A stretch of DNA of 32,000 nucleotides from Caedibacter taeniospiralis (GCF_002803295.2 NZ_PGGB02000001.1:30001-62000); one strand, 5' to 3'. Counted from the first letter of the stretch, positions 1 to 10,099 are shown. The notes: a model not told the origin generated them from the letters alone. Made by a program: numbers and translations.

Positions 1-69
1 GTGGCGCTATTCGCGGGGATGTATTTTGGGGAAGCGGTTCAGATGCCGAATTTTATGCAGGACACATGA
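1..69 (+). CDS. C-terminal fragment of an unidentified CDS running in from the left edge
   Basis: Open frame VALFAGMYFGEAVQMPNFMQDT* from base 1 to TGA at 67-69; no recognisable domain. Confidence 0.3.
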   Translation: MALFAGMYFGEAVQMPNFMQDT

Positions 70-133
70 AAAATCTTGGGAAAATGTTTGTGCTTTTACC
101 TAAGTCCAATGCTTTGAATTTTGTTAGCAATGA

Positions 134-427
134 CTAATGCAACACTACCCACTTTCGACTCAGGATATTGTATTTATTAAGCTCTTGCTCATGAAATTTG
201 GTTAGGAACTCACGATTATTTACTTCCATCGCAAATTCTTTTTGTGCCAGGCTTATCCCATAGCGGCGACACCAGCGCTTAACGGTCCACACCTCGTAGC
301 CCATTAGTTCCGAGGCCTCAAGATAAGAAACACCTTGATCGTGCAAATCATTTAAAACCTTCTCGGCAGGTTTTCCATATTTCTTCAAAACATTTAATTC
401 AAAATTATTGCTATATTGATTTGGCAT
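134..427 (-). CDS. Small hypothetical protein with helix-turn-helix-like segment
   Basis: 97-aa ORF; segment GVSYLEASELMGYEVWTVKRWCRRYGI resembles a homeodomain/HTH motif. Confidence 0.5.
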   Translation of the reverse strand: MPNQYSNNFELNVLKKYGKPAEKVLNDLHDQGVSYLEASELMGYEVWTVKRWCRRYGISLAQKEFAMEVNNREFLTKFHEQELNKYNILSRKWVVLH

Positions 428-657
428 TATCTGCTCCTATTGCAACTATTATTCCGTCAACGAGGTCAATTCTCACATAGAACAACTAAGCAAGCCAATA
501 AAATAAAATAATCAACTACATAACAAAAAGCTATTGCTAAGGGGGTTTCAACTTAGATAACACTCAGTGCAGAATGGATGGGCAAACAGGTTGAGTATTG
601 GTGGATGCGCCTTTGGCTTATCCACCCTACTACCTACCGTCAGAACGAATGGGTATC

Positions 658-1146
658 TTATGAAACTTTAGATCCCTGACCTGCTTCACTACTGTTCTGA
701 AGCTCCTCTAGTGTTTTGGATAAGTTGGCTTTAAGCTTCTCCAGTGTCAGCATAAGGGATTTTTTTTCCTCTTGACTGACATCACTTAAAATTTCGGCAT
801 AATGCGCAGCAACCGACTTATCAAGCTCCTCTAAGACAGCTAAGCCTCGCTTGGTTACCTGAACGCATTTAGCACGCCGATCACTCTCATGTGCTACGCG
901 TTCGATTAACCCTTGCTCGGCAAGGCGATCCAAAACTCGAATTAAATTTTGTGCCTCGATTTCCAGATGTCCTGCCAGCTCTATTTGAGTGAGTTTTGGA
1001 CGAAATCTGGCATGCACTAACGCACGACGATCCAATACATTTAAACCGAGTTCTTTGGCGTGTACATTATAAATCTTACGAATCAGAAGTCCTGTGTCAC
1101 AAATAGCAAACTCCAGCAACTGCGTTGTCGCATCATCTATGCTCAC
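658..1146 (-). CDS. MarR family transcriptional regulator
   Basis: ORF with winged-helix pattern LTQIELAGHLEIEAQNLIRVLDRLAEQGLIERVAHESDRRAKCVQVTKRG typical of MarR. Confidence 0.9.
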   Translation of the reverse strand: MSIDDATTQLLEFAICDTGLLIRKIYNVHAKELGLNVLDRRALVHARFRPKLTQIELAGHLEIEAQNLIRVLDRLAEQGLIERVAHESDRRAKCVQVTKRGLAVLEELDKSVAAHYAEILSDVSQEEKKSLMLTLEKLKANLSKTLEELQNSSEAGQGSKVS

Positions 1147-2018
1147 CTATTCACCTTTTGTCTTTGTGTCTGGAGCCTGATTATAACAATGGCGCTAGCG
1201 ATTGTCAGCAGGATTCCCAACATCGTTAGACCATCATGAGACTCCGCAAAAAACAGCATCCCAATAGCAGCTGCAAAAATGACATTAGCATAGTAAAGCA
1301 CAGAAAAACTTTGCGCTTGAATATGCGCTAATGCGACTACCAATAGATATTGGACAAAGAAAAAAAGAATGCCTATTAAGCACAAAACCAATAAAGCTTT
1401 AATGGAAACGACTTGCCAAAATGGGATGCTAATAACCCCCGCAATCAAGCTTGAAAACAGAAAGTAATAAAAAACTGTTGTGACACCGCTATCATGTGCT
1501 GAAATTTTTCGCACCATAATAATGGAAAGCGCCATGGATAAGCCTGCCCCCAGTGCCACAATCGCATAGGGACTCATAATGTTTGCATCTGGTTTTAAAA
1601 TCATTACTACGCCTAAAAAGCCAAAACCAAGAGGTAGCCACAACGCATGCTGAAACTTTTGTCTGGCAAAAATAAATAAGATGAAGGGCACAAAAAAAGG
1701 TGACGTATTTGCCAGCAGCACACCATCCACTAGCGAGACATGTGTAATCGAAATAAACAAAAAATAACTAATGCCTAAGCTAAATACTGCTCGCGCCAGA
1801 TGCTGGAGTAGCACCTGTGTTTTAAACAGGTTTCTCTGCCAGTTTCGCCGTTGATAAAACATCAACGGTAGCAATATAAGCAGAGCCACCAAACTTTGAC
1901 TAAATACGATCATAGGAATACTAAGATTTAGGCTAAATACCTTAATTAACGCAGCTTGAACAGCATAAATTAACGCACTTAGCAACGTAAAACTTATCCC
2001 CAAATAACTGTTTTTCAT
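1143..2018 (-). CDS. EamA/DMT superfamily transporter
   Basis: About 10 hydrophobic segments, EamA-like internal duplication; overlaps the marR start by 4 nt. Start taken at MKNSYLG. Confidence 0.85.
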   Translation of the reverse strand: MKNSYLGISFTLLSALIYAVQAALIKVFSLNLSIPMIVFSQSLVALLILLPLMFYQRRNWQRNLFKTQVLLQHLARAVFSLGISYFLFISITHVSLVDGVLLANTSPFFVPFILFIFARQKFQHALWLPLGFGFLGVVMILKPDANIMSPYAIVALGAGLSMALSIIMVRKISAHDSGVTTVFYYFLFSSLIAGVISIPFWQVVSIKALLVLCLIGILFFFVQYLLVVALAHIQAQSFSVLYYANVIFAAAIGMLFFAESHDGLTMLGILLTIASAIVIIRLQTQRQKVNR

Positions 2019-2040
2019 TAAACACACCCGCCAATATTAT

Positions 2041-2067
2041 AATTCTTGATTATAATAATTAAGAATT
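2041..2067. promoter_or_regulatory. Candidate MarR-type operator in the promoter region of the EamA-marR operon
   Basis: Inverted repeat AATTCTTGATTA-TAA-TAATTAAGAATT (one mismatch pair per arm), about 25 bp upstream of the EamA start; on the minus strand it overlaps a TTGATT-N17-TATTAT promoter-like pair. Confidence 0.45.
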
Positions 2068-2188
2068 CTAAAAAAATCAAGATTTATTAGCAACTTTATA
2101 ATCCAGAAACTCATCCTTTATGTGTCTAATGACAGCGCTAATCAAAAACGCTATGCTAGCTCACACTGAAAATAATGTTTCCTTTCTC

Positions 2189-2626
2189 ATGTTAGCACTT
2201 ATCCAACGCGTTTCTTCAGCTTCAGTTGCCATTGAACAAGAGACTGTAGCCAGCATTGCTACAGGCATTCTGGCTTTGGTTTGTGTTGAGGAGCGCGATC
2301 AAAAAAAGCACTACGAAAAGATGGCACACAAACTGCTTAACCAGCGCATATTCGAAGATGAATGTGGCAAAATGAATAATAGTCTCCTGGATATCAAGGG
2401 TGAACTGCTACTTATCCCACAATTTACCTTAGCAGCCAATACTGAACGGGGACTTAGACCCAGTTTTTCGAGCGTCTGTCCACCAATAATTGCCAAGGAG
2501 AAATTCACTGAGTTTTGCCACTATTTATCCACCTGTTACCAAAGGATTGCACAAGGATGCTTTGGGGCGAATATGCAAGTCTCATTGATAAATGATGGTC
2601 CTGTCACCTTGTGGCTTAAGGTATAA
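2189..2626 (+). CDS. dtd: D-aminoacyl-tRNA deacylase
   Basis: MLALIQRVSSASV... LLLIPQFTLAANTERGLRPSF... FGANMQVSLINDGPVTLWL is the DTD signature (SQFTL-like and NxGPVT-like motifs). Start set at internal ATG 2189. Confidence 0.93.
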   Translation: MLALIQRVSSASVAIEQETVASIATGILALVCVEERDQKKHYEKMAHKLLNQRIFEDECGKMNNSLLDIKGELLLIPQFTLAANTERGLRPSFSSVCPPIIAKEKFTEFCHYLSTCYQRIAQGCFGANMQVSLINDGPVTLWLKV

Positions 2627-2683
2627 AAATTAAGAAAATTTTTACTTCTCTATTATTCCGTTTTAGTTATACTTTTGCGGCGT

Positions 2684-2896
2684 ATGGTTGGTTTTAGTGA
2701 GATTTTTATGTATATAAGGGAGTTAAACTTATCCCTAACTCCAGGGCAAAGTGCCTTTTTAGTGATATTAAAGGACTCAAGGTGTTTAAAGATGAACATC
2801 CTGATGCTAGGACCTATGCGGTGAGTCTTGATCAAGAGGTAAGGGAATTAACTGATGGGATTTTGATTCTCCCTTGGCAAATATTTTTACAGCGAC
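2684..2896 (+). pseudogene. Possible decayed coding remnant (DUF1269-like?)
   Basis: Frame from 2684 reads FSEIFMYIRELNLSLTPGQSAFLVILKD; a different frame continues VFKDEHPDARTYAVSLDQEVRELTDG. Resemblance to DUF1269 is from memory and weak. Confidence 0.2.
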
Positions 2897-2939
2897 TGTG
2901 GGATCACAAGTTATAAAAACATAAAAGGGGGCTTTGCGT

Positions 2940-3044
2940 ATGAAAAAGACAATAGCAGTTCTAGCAGGAGATGGCATTGGTTCTAAGGTAATGGCTTGTG
3001 ACATCGATGTATTAAATGCAGTATATTTTTATGTATCACGTTAA
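2940..3044 (+). pseudogene. Truncated N-terminus of 3-isopropylmalate dehydrogenase (leuB remnant)
   Basis: ATG at 2940 preceded by AGGGGG; encodes MKKTIAVLAGDGIGSKVMACDIDVLNAVYFYVSR*, matching the LeuB N-terminal pattern (IAVLxGDGIGPEVMxxxxxVLxAV), then stops. Confidence 0.6.
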
Positions 3045-4086
3045 TTTCTGTGCGGGACCCGCACAATTGTCAGGACAGGTTTACTCATCACTAAGCCAGA
3101 TGATTCAAAATTACCAGGGTACGGGAGTATCATTACTGTCAATTTCTCATCGAGACCTTTTGTTTGCCAAGGTAAATGAAAATATTAACTCCTATCTAAG
3201 GGTGCTTTTGGCGCTTAATGAGGAGTATGAAATTTTACTGATGCCAGCAGGGGCGAGTGCGCAATTTGCTGCGGTACCGATGAACCTTAAGAGCAAAGGG
3301 CACGCGCTGTATTTCAATAGTGGTTACTGGGCAAACGCCGCTATTAATGAAGCTAAAAAATTTATTGAAGTCGAGGTGAAAACGGGGATTGATCTTGAGG
3401 TTGGTACTTTAAATGATGAATATGACTATATTCACTATACCGAGAATGAAACCATCGACGGTGTGCAGTGGTCTTTTGTACCAGCGGCGCATCTACCTGT
3501 GGTGTGTGATATGTCATCAAGTTTTTTATCGAAACTAATTGATGTTAGTAAATATGATCTGATTTATGCGGGAGCGCAGAAAAATATCGGCTTGCCTGGG
3601 GTGACGGTAGTCATTATCAGAAAAACCATGCTAAATGCGATGAATGCTGGGAATATTCCAGCAATATTAAGTTATCAAACGATGCAAAAAGCAGAGTCTT
3701 TATATAACACCCCTGATGTGATTGCCTGGGTCGCCATGGAGCTTGTGTTAAAGGATTTGATACGACAGGGTGGATTGTCAGTCATTCAAGAGAAGAATAA
3801 AACCAAAGCAGAATTGCTTTATCAAGCGATTGATGAATCGAGGCTGTTTAGTAATAAAGTGGAAGCAAAAAATCGTTCACTGATGAACGTTGTATTTCAG
3901 CTGCCAAGTGTTGAACTCACCACCGCGTTTTTAGATTTTGCAGATAAGCGTGGTGTCTATGGTATTGCAGGGCACAGAAGTCTCGGCGGTATGCGTGTGA
4001 GCTTATATAACGCAATTAAGCAGCAAGAAGTTGAGTACTTGATATCGGTAATGCGGGAGTTTGAAGCTGACAGTTTTGTCGCTTAA
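3031..4086 (+). CDS. serC: Phosphoserine aminotransferase
   Basis: MYHVNFCAGPAQL, SHRDLLF, QFAAVPMNL, SGYWANAAINEAKKF, IYAGAQKNIGLPGVTVVIIRK, GHRSLGGMRVSLYNA, all SerC hallmarks. Confidence 0.95.
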   Translation: MYHVNFCAGPAQLSGQVYSSLSQMIQNYQGTGVSLLSISHRDLLFAKVNENINSYLRVLLALNEEYEILLMPAGASAQFAAVPMNLKSKGHALYFNSGYWANAAINEAKKFIEVEVKTGIDLEVGTLNDEYDYIHYTENETIDGVQWSFVPAAHLPVVCDMSSSFLSKLIDVSKYDLIYAGAQKNIGLPGVTVVIIRKTMLNAMNAGNIPAILSYQTMQKAESLYNTPDVIAWVAMELVLKDLIRQGGLSVIQEKNKTKAELLYQAIDESRLFSNKVEAKNRSLMNVVFQLPSVELTTAFLDFADKRGVYGIAGHRSLGGMRVSLYNAIKQQEVEYLISVMREFEADSFVA

Positions 4087-4171
4087 ACAAAGACAAATTG
4101 ATAACTGCCAGTTCCCTGCGCAATTTCCATCTTTGTCAAATGCCTAAAGTTCAGTTATAGGTGTATTCCAA

Positions 4172-5818
4172 TTATTTGTTAAACCTTGCCGTCGTTGGCA
4201 TTCTGCGCCCAATACCAAATGGGCGGCGCTGGATAAATAAAATTTGTGGCGCCTGTTTTCTCTTAAATTCAGCCAACTCAACCATGCGATAAATCCTTTT
4301 TTGCTCACTCACCTCCACTTGATCAACGATTGTTTGCAAACCTTTAATTTCACTTTCTGCCAATAAATCTCGCTCTAGATAAAGCTTAAGCATCGCGTCT
4401 AAATAAAAGTAATCAGGCAAGCTGTCAGCGTCTTTCTGTCCCTCTGCTAACTCAGCCGATGGCGCTTTATCAATGACGCTTTGGGGGATTAACTCACCAT
4501 ATTTTTCATTGATATAATTTGATAGCGCGTAAACGTCATTCTTGTATAAATCCCCAATGCAATTTAAAGCTCCGCACATATCGCCATAAAGCGTTGCATA
4601 TCCTACTGCCAACTCACTTTTGTTACCGGTTGTCAGCATCAATAAGCCACTATCGTTAGCATATTCCATCACAATCCGCCCACGAATACGCGCCTGCATA
4701 TTCTCCTGGGTGAGTTTTTTAGGCTCGCGTCCAAAGGCTTTTGTAAAGTTCTCACACGTTAGTAAGAACTCGTCATTGATGTCACGCGTAAATAACTCTA
4801 TCCCAAGATTCTGGCAAAGTACCACTGAATCATCGATTGAACCTTTGGAAGAATAAATCGATGGCATAGTGATCGCTTTAACGTTACATTTACCCAGACT
4901 CAAGGTTGCAATGGCTAACGTCAACGCACTATCAATCCCACCAGACGAACCTACGACGGCACCCCTAAACCCACATTTATGTACATAGTCTCTTAAGCCG
5001 CAGATAAGCTGCTGCAAAATAAGCTCCTGCGGTTTATTTTCATAAGGAGGACTGATCATGGTTTCGGATAAATTGTTTAAATCACTGCTTAGACTACCTT
5101 CCTTAAAGCTTTGCGCCAGGGCAATCAGCGCTCCTTCAGTATTACAGACAAAACTTGCGCCATCATAAACAAGCTCATCATATCCCCCCACTTGTGAGCT
5201 ATAAATTATTGGTGCCTGGATTTGTTTGGCAATCCTTGAAACTATATCCAAACGCTGCTGAAACTTACCTAATATTGAGGGCGAGGCATTAAGTACAATC
5301 AAAGCATCAAGACTATCTGGCAGACCATCGACGGGATTTTTTAAATAACCTTGATGGTTGTTATACCAAATATCTTCACAAATCAAAATAGCCAATTTTT
5401 TACCTTTTAATACAAAGCTTAACTGAGCATTTTCACCGCTAATAAAATGTCTTGTTTCATCAAACACCCCATAGCCTGGAATCAATTGCTTATGATAGGT
5501 GTAAACAACTGCACCATGAGCAATCACCAGCGCGCTATTATAAAACTTTTTAAGCCCTGGTATGGGTGTAGCAACACCAATGACTACTGCTGTATTAAGC
5601 TCTGCGCTTAGCGCTTTGATCCTCTCAACAATCTCATGTTGTTTTTCAATGATTTCGGGATAAGTGAGTAGATCATAAGGGTAATAACCGATAATGCACA
5701 ACTCGGAAAACACGATCAAATCAGCCTCTTGATGCGTTTTTATCGCCTGACTTATTTGTGTAAAGTTGTAGTCAAAATCAGCAACGATATAATTTAATTG
5801 AACAGCAGCAATTTTCAT
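4172..5818 (-). CDS. nadE: Glutamine-dependent NAD+ synthetase
   Basis: N-terminal nitrilase/CN-hydrolase domain (IVFSELCIIGYYPYDLL, LAILICEDIW) plus C-terminal synthetase with SGGIDSAL motif and TGNKSELAVGYATLYGDMCG. Confidence 0.95.
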   Translation of the reverse strand: MKIAAVQLNYIVADFDYNFTQISQAIKTHQEADLIVFSELCIIGYYPYDLLTYPEIIEKQHEIVERIKALSAELNTAVVIGVATPIPGLKKFYNSALVIAHGAVVYTYHKQLIPGYGVFDETRHFISGENAQLSFVLKGKKLAILICEDIWYNNHQGYLKNPVDGLPDSLDALIVLNASPSILGKFQQRLDIVSRIAKQIQAPIIYSSQVGGYDELVYDGASFVCNTEGALIALAQSFKEGSLSSDLNNLSETMISPPYENKPQELILQQLICGLRDYVHKCGFRGAVVGSSGGIDSALTLAIATLSLGKCNVKAITMPSIYSSKGSIDDSVVLCQNLGIELFTRDINDEFLLTCENFTKAFGREPKKLTQENMQARIRGRIVMEYANDSGLLMLTTGNKSELAVGYATLYGDMCGALNCIGDLYKNDVYALSNYINEKYGELIPQSVIDKAPSAELAEGQKDADSLPDYFYLDAMLKLYLERDLLAESEIKGLQTIVDQVEVSEQKRIYRMVELAEFKRKQAPQILFIQRRPFGIGRRMPTTARFNK

Positions 5819-5825
5819 AAGGATC

Positions 5826-6605
5826 TCAAGACTTCAAACGTATGCCCCACGATAATAAATACCATGCCAAACCATATAAAACAATAATAAAGGCAACAAT
5901 TGTGACAAAGGCAATGGTCGGATTAATCGATGAATGTCCAATAAAAGCAAATCGCACAAAATCGACGATATAAAACAGCGGATTATATTGGGCAATGTGC
6001 TGCCAAAAGGGTGGCAAGGAATTTAAACTATAAAACACGCCACCTAAATAAATAAGTGGGGTTAGCACAAAAGTTGGGAAGATTGTTGTATCATCAAACT
6101 TTTGTGAAAAAATACCATTTAATAACCCTCCTAACGAAAATAATGCACCACACAGAATAAAGGATAATATGATGAGTAATAAGGCATTTAAATGCAGCGA
6201 AATCCCACCAAATAACACTGCGACGATGCTTACCAATACGCCAACAGCTATACCGCGCACAATGCCACCTGAAATATATCCCAAGATAATCAGATGATTA
6301 GTTGCAGGTGATACCAGAATCTCTTCAATCGCACGGCTAAAGCGCGCACCATAAAAGGAGCCCACCACATTGGCATAGGCATTATTAATCACCGCCATGA
6401 TCACGAGCCCCGGGGTGATAAATCGCATATAGTCAAAACCATCCATGGTGCCTATATGAGATCCCACTACCTTACCAAAAATTAAAAAATACAAACTAAT
6501 CGTAATCACTGAAGGCAATAAAGTCTGTGGCCAAATACGCAAGATGCGCACAATTTCCTTTCTTAAAATGGTGTAATAAATAACCCAGTATTCTCTTAAT
6601 GTCAT
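5826..6605 (-). CDS. yadH: ABC-2 type transporter permease (YadH-like)
   Basis: ABC-2 permease pattern FIVDFVRFAFIG, RFITPGLVIMAVINNAYANVVGSF; adjacent to cognate ATPase. Confidence 0.85.
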   Translation of the reverse strand: MTLREYWVIYYTILRKEIVRILRIWPQTLLPSVITISLYFLIFGKVVGSHIGTMDGFDYMRFITPGLVIMAVINNAYANVVGSFYGARFSRAIEEILVSPATNHLIILGYISGGIVRGIAVGVLVSIVAVLFGGISLHLNALLLIILSFILCGALFSLGGLLNGIFSQKFDDTTIFPTFVLTPLIYLGGVFYSLNSLPPFWQHIAQYNPLFYIVDFVRFAFIGHSSINPTIAFVTIVAFIIVLYGLAWYLLSWGIRLKS

Positions 6606-6614
6606 GTTTGTTAC

Positions 6615-7541
6615 CTATGCTTTGTTTCTTGCCACATCAATAAATAATTTCTCAAGCTTGTTGGTCTTGGTTTTTACACTCAAGACTTCAATATTCTGTT
6701 TGGTTAGTTCGACAAACAGTTGGTTAAGCGTAATCGTTTTATCGACTTCAATTTCAAGTGTTGTCGCATCCACTAACGCACAATTGCCAAACTCACACTG
6801 TATTTGCTCGTGATTTATGGCATTTTTTAAATCAAAAACATAGGTTTCTTTCTCGACAGAGCGCAAAAGTGATTTCATATCTGAGCTGGTATGCAATTGC
6901 CCCTGGTGAATCAAGGCAATGCGATTGCACATACTCTCAGCTTCTTCCAGATAATGTGTTGTCAAAATAATCGTTAAACCCGCTTCATTTAATGCACGCA
7001 TTTGCGTCCATAAGGATTGACGTAGTTCAACATCCACGCCCGCCGTTGGCTCATCAAGAATCAACACTTTGGGTTTATGAATAAGTGCACGCGCAACCAT
7101 GAGTCTTCGCTTCATCCCCCCCGATAAGAATCTCACTTGCGTATCTCTTTTATCCCATAACGCCATGTCTTTCAGCAATTTTTCAGCATAGGGTTTTGTG
7201 GTTGCACGATCTATGCCAAAAAAACCCGCTTGCGCGAGCAATATCTGCATGGGCGTTTCAAAGATATTCAGGTTAATCTCTTGCGGCATGACACCCAGGT
7301 GCTTGCGTGCCATAAATGGCTCTTTGACGGTGTCAAACCCACATACTTTAATGCTCCCACTGGTTTTATTCACCAAAGCAGAAATCATGCCTAAGGTCGT
7401 CGATTTCCCTGCGCCATTAGGTCCCAAAAGCGCAAAAAAATCTCCCACATAAACATCAAAGCTCACATCTTTAACGGCATGCAAGCCCCCTTTATAGATT
7501 TTATTGACATTGACCAATGACAATGCTTTTTCCATACTCAT
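6615..7541 (-). CDS. yadG: ABC transporter ATP-binding protein (YadG-like)
   Basis: Walker A GPNGAGKST, signature LSGGMKRR, Walker B VLILDEPTAGVD. Start placed at the internal MSMEKALSLVNV or MEKALSLV. Confidence 0.9.
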   Translation of the reverse strand: MSMEKALSLVNVNKIYKGGLHAVKDVSFDVYVGDFFALLGPNGAGKSTTLGMISALVNKTSGSIKVCGFDTVKEPFMARKHLGVMPQEINLNIFETPMQILLAQAGFFGIDRATTKPYAEKLLKDMALWDKRDTQVRFLSGGMKRRLMVARALIHKPKVLILDEPTAGVDVELRQSLWTQMRALNEAGLTIILTTHYLEEAESMCNRIALIHQGQLHTSSDMKSLLRSVEKETYVFDLKNAINHEQIQCEFGNCALVDATTLEIEVDKTITLNQLFVELTKQNIEVLSVKTKTNKLEKLFIDVARNKA

Positions 7542-7624
7542 CGCTAATAACCAATCGTTATTCTTAAAGATTAAAAATGTATTGTAACAAAGTATTGGGT
7601 CGTTACCAGCCTGCACGAGCTTAT

Positions 7625-8881
7625 TTAACGTGAGTTCGATGTATTTTCTTTTTCCTCAATCAACTGCTGCTCTAGTGCATTTTCTGTGGCAACTGAAGTC
7701 TCGGCAGATACACTTTGAAAGGCCACCTTCTCATCTTGTTTGGCAGCTTGATGCACACGTAATCGCCACAACGTATATACACCCAATAAAAAGGATACAA
7801 AACCAATAAATGTAAAAAATCCAAAAGGTCCAAAGATCGACATAAACCAGGTGGTGATGAGCGGTCCAAACATGGAGCCGACCCCATAAGATAACGCTAA
7901 AATCCCAACAACACCAACCAGCTGATCAGCCTCTAAATAGTCGCTTGAGTAACTGATCGACAAGGGATAAAAAGTAAACGTAATCCCACCTAAAATAAAC
8001 GAAAGAATCGCTAATTGCCAAAAACTATTGTGTAAAATGCAAATCAATACTGCAACCAATACCGAACTTGCCAGCATGACCAATAACACAAGTCTTCTAT
8101 CAGTCAAATCAGAAATTTTACCGATAGGCAATTGTAATAACATACCACCTAAAATAATCGCAAACATAAGATAAGATATGGTGTGGACTGGCATATCCAC
8201 CTGTCTTAGAAATAAAGGGTAGATAGTGTAAATGCTGCCTAAGATCATTCCCGCTGCCATTGCTGTCAAGATCCCATTAAATAAAATAATCGGTGAAAGT
8301 AGCGCCGTATGTTCTTGCTTTAGTGTTGCAAAACACGTTAAACACACGGGAATAATAGAAAGCGATGCCAAAATTGAGATAACAGCAAATGCCAACAACA
8401 CGCTTTCAAATGGAATATTAAGTAAAAATTGCCCTGACGCCTGTACAAAGTAATAAATAAACAAATAGATCGACAAAAAAAGCCCTTTATGTTTACTTCC
8501 CGCCCCTTCTAAACACCATGCTTCGACAACGATAAAAAGCCCAGCCAACGCGTAGCCACACATAAAACGCGCTATCGCCCAGATGTTAACATCGTAGAAG
8601 ATTCCTTGCGCCATTGCCCCTGCTGCCATTAAAGTAGCAAATAGTGCATAAGCACGAATAAACCCTATGCGCAAAATAAGTCGCTGACTAAAATAAGAGC
8701 CTAATACCATCCCTGTAAAGTAAGCCGTTGAGATTAAGCCTACGATGAAATTACTCTGCCCCATCCGCGCAAGCTCAATCCTCGTATACGTTGTATAAAA
8801 CGTGTTACCAATGGTTAAAATACACATGCTGAGAATGGGCGCAAATAGCATCGCAAATCTCGCAGGTCTATATTCTGACAT
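7625..8881 (-). CDS. Major facilitator superfamily transporter
   Basis: 12-TM-like hydrophobic protein; SPxF..LxGxxF.YPLSISY and GKISDLTDRR loop typical of the MFS YcaD-like group. Confidence 0.85.
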   Translation of the reverse strand: MSEYRPARFAMLFAPILSMCILTIGNTFYTTYTRIELARMGQSNFIVGLISTAYFTGMVLGSYFSQRLILRIGFIRAYALFATLMAAGAMAQGIFYDVNIWAIARFMCGYALAGLFIVVEAWCLEGAGSKHKGLFLSIYLFIYYFVQASGQFLLNIPFESVLLAFAVISILASLSIIPVCLTCFATLKQEHTALLSPIILFNGILTAMAAGMILGSIYTIYPLFLRQVDMPVHTISYLMFAIILGGMLLQLPIGKISDLTDRRLVLLVMLASSVLVAVLICILHNSFWQLAILSFILGGITFTFYPLSISYSSDYLEADQLVGVVGILALSYGVGSMFGPLITTWFMSIFGPFGFFTFIGFVSFLLGVYTLWRLRVHQAAKQDEKVAFQSVSAETSVATENALEQQLIEEKENTSNSR

Positions 8882-9126
8882 TTTATACTTTTCTTAGCTT
8901 GCTTCTCTGGAAGAAGAGAGCTTAAAGCAGATCAAGCTTACACTCAATAAAATTCACGCTTTCTTTATCGCTATTTGTTGTACCCTTTTCATTAAAAATG
9001 GAATTCTCAGCTATGCAAAGATAATCAGTAACTCTTATAAGCCTGAAATGGATTTAACGAAATATTATGCTACTGTCTACCTAAAGAACACAATACGCTC
9101 GCAAATTAAAATTGGAGGTTTTTGCC

Positions 9127-10011
9127 ATGGATAGTAGCGATTTAATCATTTTACGACACCTGCTGATAGAAAAGAATGTCAGCACCACTGCCAGATTGAT
9201 GAATGTTTCTCAACCTGCCATCACTATGCGCTTGGGTAGACTAAGGACGATGTTTAAGGATGTTATCCTCGTACGTGATGGCAACAAAATGAAGCTAACA
9301 CCAAAAGCCCGCGATATGGTCAACCCAATCATACGCATTACGGATGAAATGCTCGCTTTGATTCCAGAGCATGATTTTGATCCTCACACCACACCCACTG
9401 TGATCACAATCCAAATGACAGAAGCATTCTATGAAGCTTGTGCAAAGATGCTCATTGATGAATTGTTAAGTTATCATTCACAACATAAAATCAATATGAC
9501 GATGCTTTCATGTACAACCTTGCCAAAGCATGGGCACCCCACACAAAACATAGATGTGGTTATTGGTATTCCAACACATATCGAAGGCTTTTGTGATGAA
9601 ATTTACGGCAATGAAACTGGAGTGCTCATATACGATCGCTATTTTGATGAGCACAAGCAATCCATTAGCTATGAAGAATATCTGCAAGCACCTCATATTA
9701 TCCTCTTAGAACAATCAGGCATCCATCAGCTGCCAAACATGTTAGGAATACCCGACCCACGCAATATAATGCTTCAAATCAGCAGCTTAAAAATGGCGAC
9801 TGAGCTGTTGCAGGATCATTACGTCATGACCGCCTCAACAATCACTGCGCGAATATTTAATAAAAATTACCTTCCACTACCTTTTTCACCCGCAGAGACT
9901 CCCCTTAAGCTCTCTTACCCTCAGCATTTAAAGCATGACAAAAAAAATCGTTGGATACGCAAGGTATGCAATAAGGTCATGCAAGAACTGTTAAAAAGAT
10001 ATTGCTCTTGA
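9127..10011 (+). CDS. LysR family transcriptional regulator
   Basis: N-terminal HTH LRHLLIEKNVSTTARLMNVSQPAITMRLGRLRTMFKDVILVRDGNKMKLTPKA; GGAGG ribosome-binding site at 9116-9120 upstream of ATG 9127. Confidence 0.93.
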   Translation: MDSSDLIILRHLLIEKNVSTTARLMNVSQPAITMRLGRLRTMFKDVILVRDGNKMKLTPKARDMVNPIIRITDEMLALIPEHDFDPHTTPTVITIQMTEAFYEACAKMLIDELLSYHSQHKINMTMLSCTTLPKHGHPTQNIDVVIGIPTHIEGFCDEIYGNETGVLIYDRYFDEHKQSISYEEYLQAPHIILLEQSGIHQLPNMLGIPDPRNIMLQISSLKMATELLQDHYVMTASTITARIFNKNYLPLPFSPAETPLKLSYPQHLKHDKKNRWIRKVCNKVMQELLKRYCS

Positions 10012-10099
10012 TCTCCCAACAATCCTCAATTTAAAACACCAAAAACCACCCGATCACTCATATTTTTGAGCACATTTAAGCCATTTGCATGATTTGCAT

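Noticed and set aside
2653-3004. Minus-strand ORFs 2653-2835 and 2807-3004
   Set aside because: No recognisable protein features; they oppose the plus-strand remnants, which read more convincingly.
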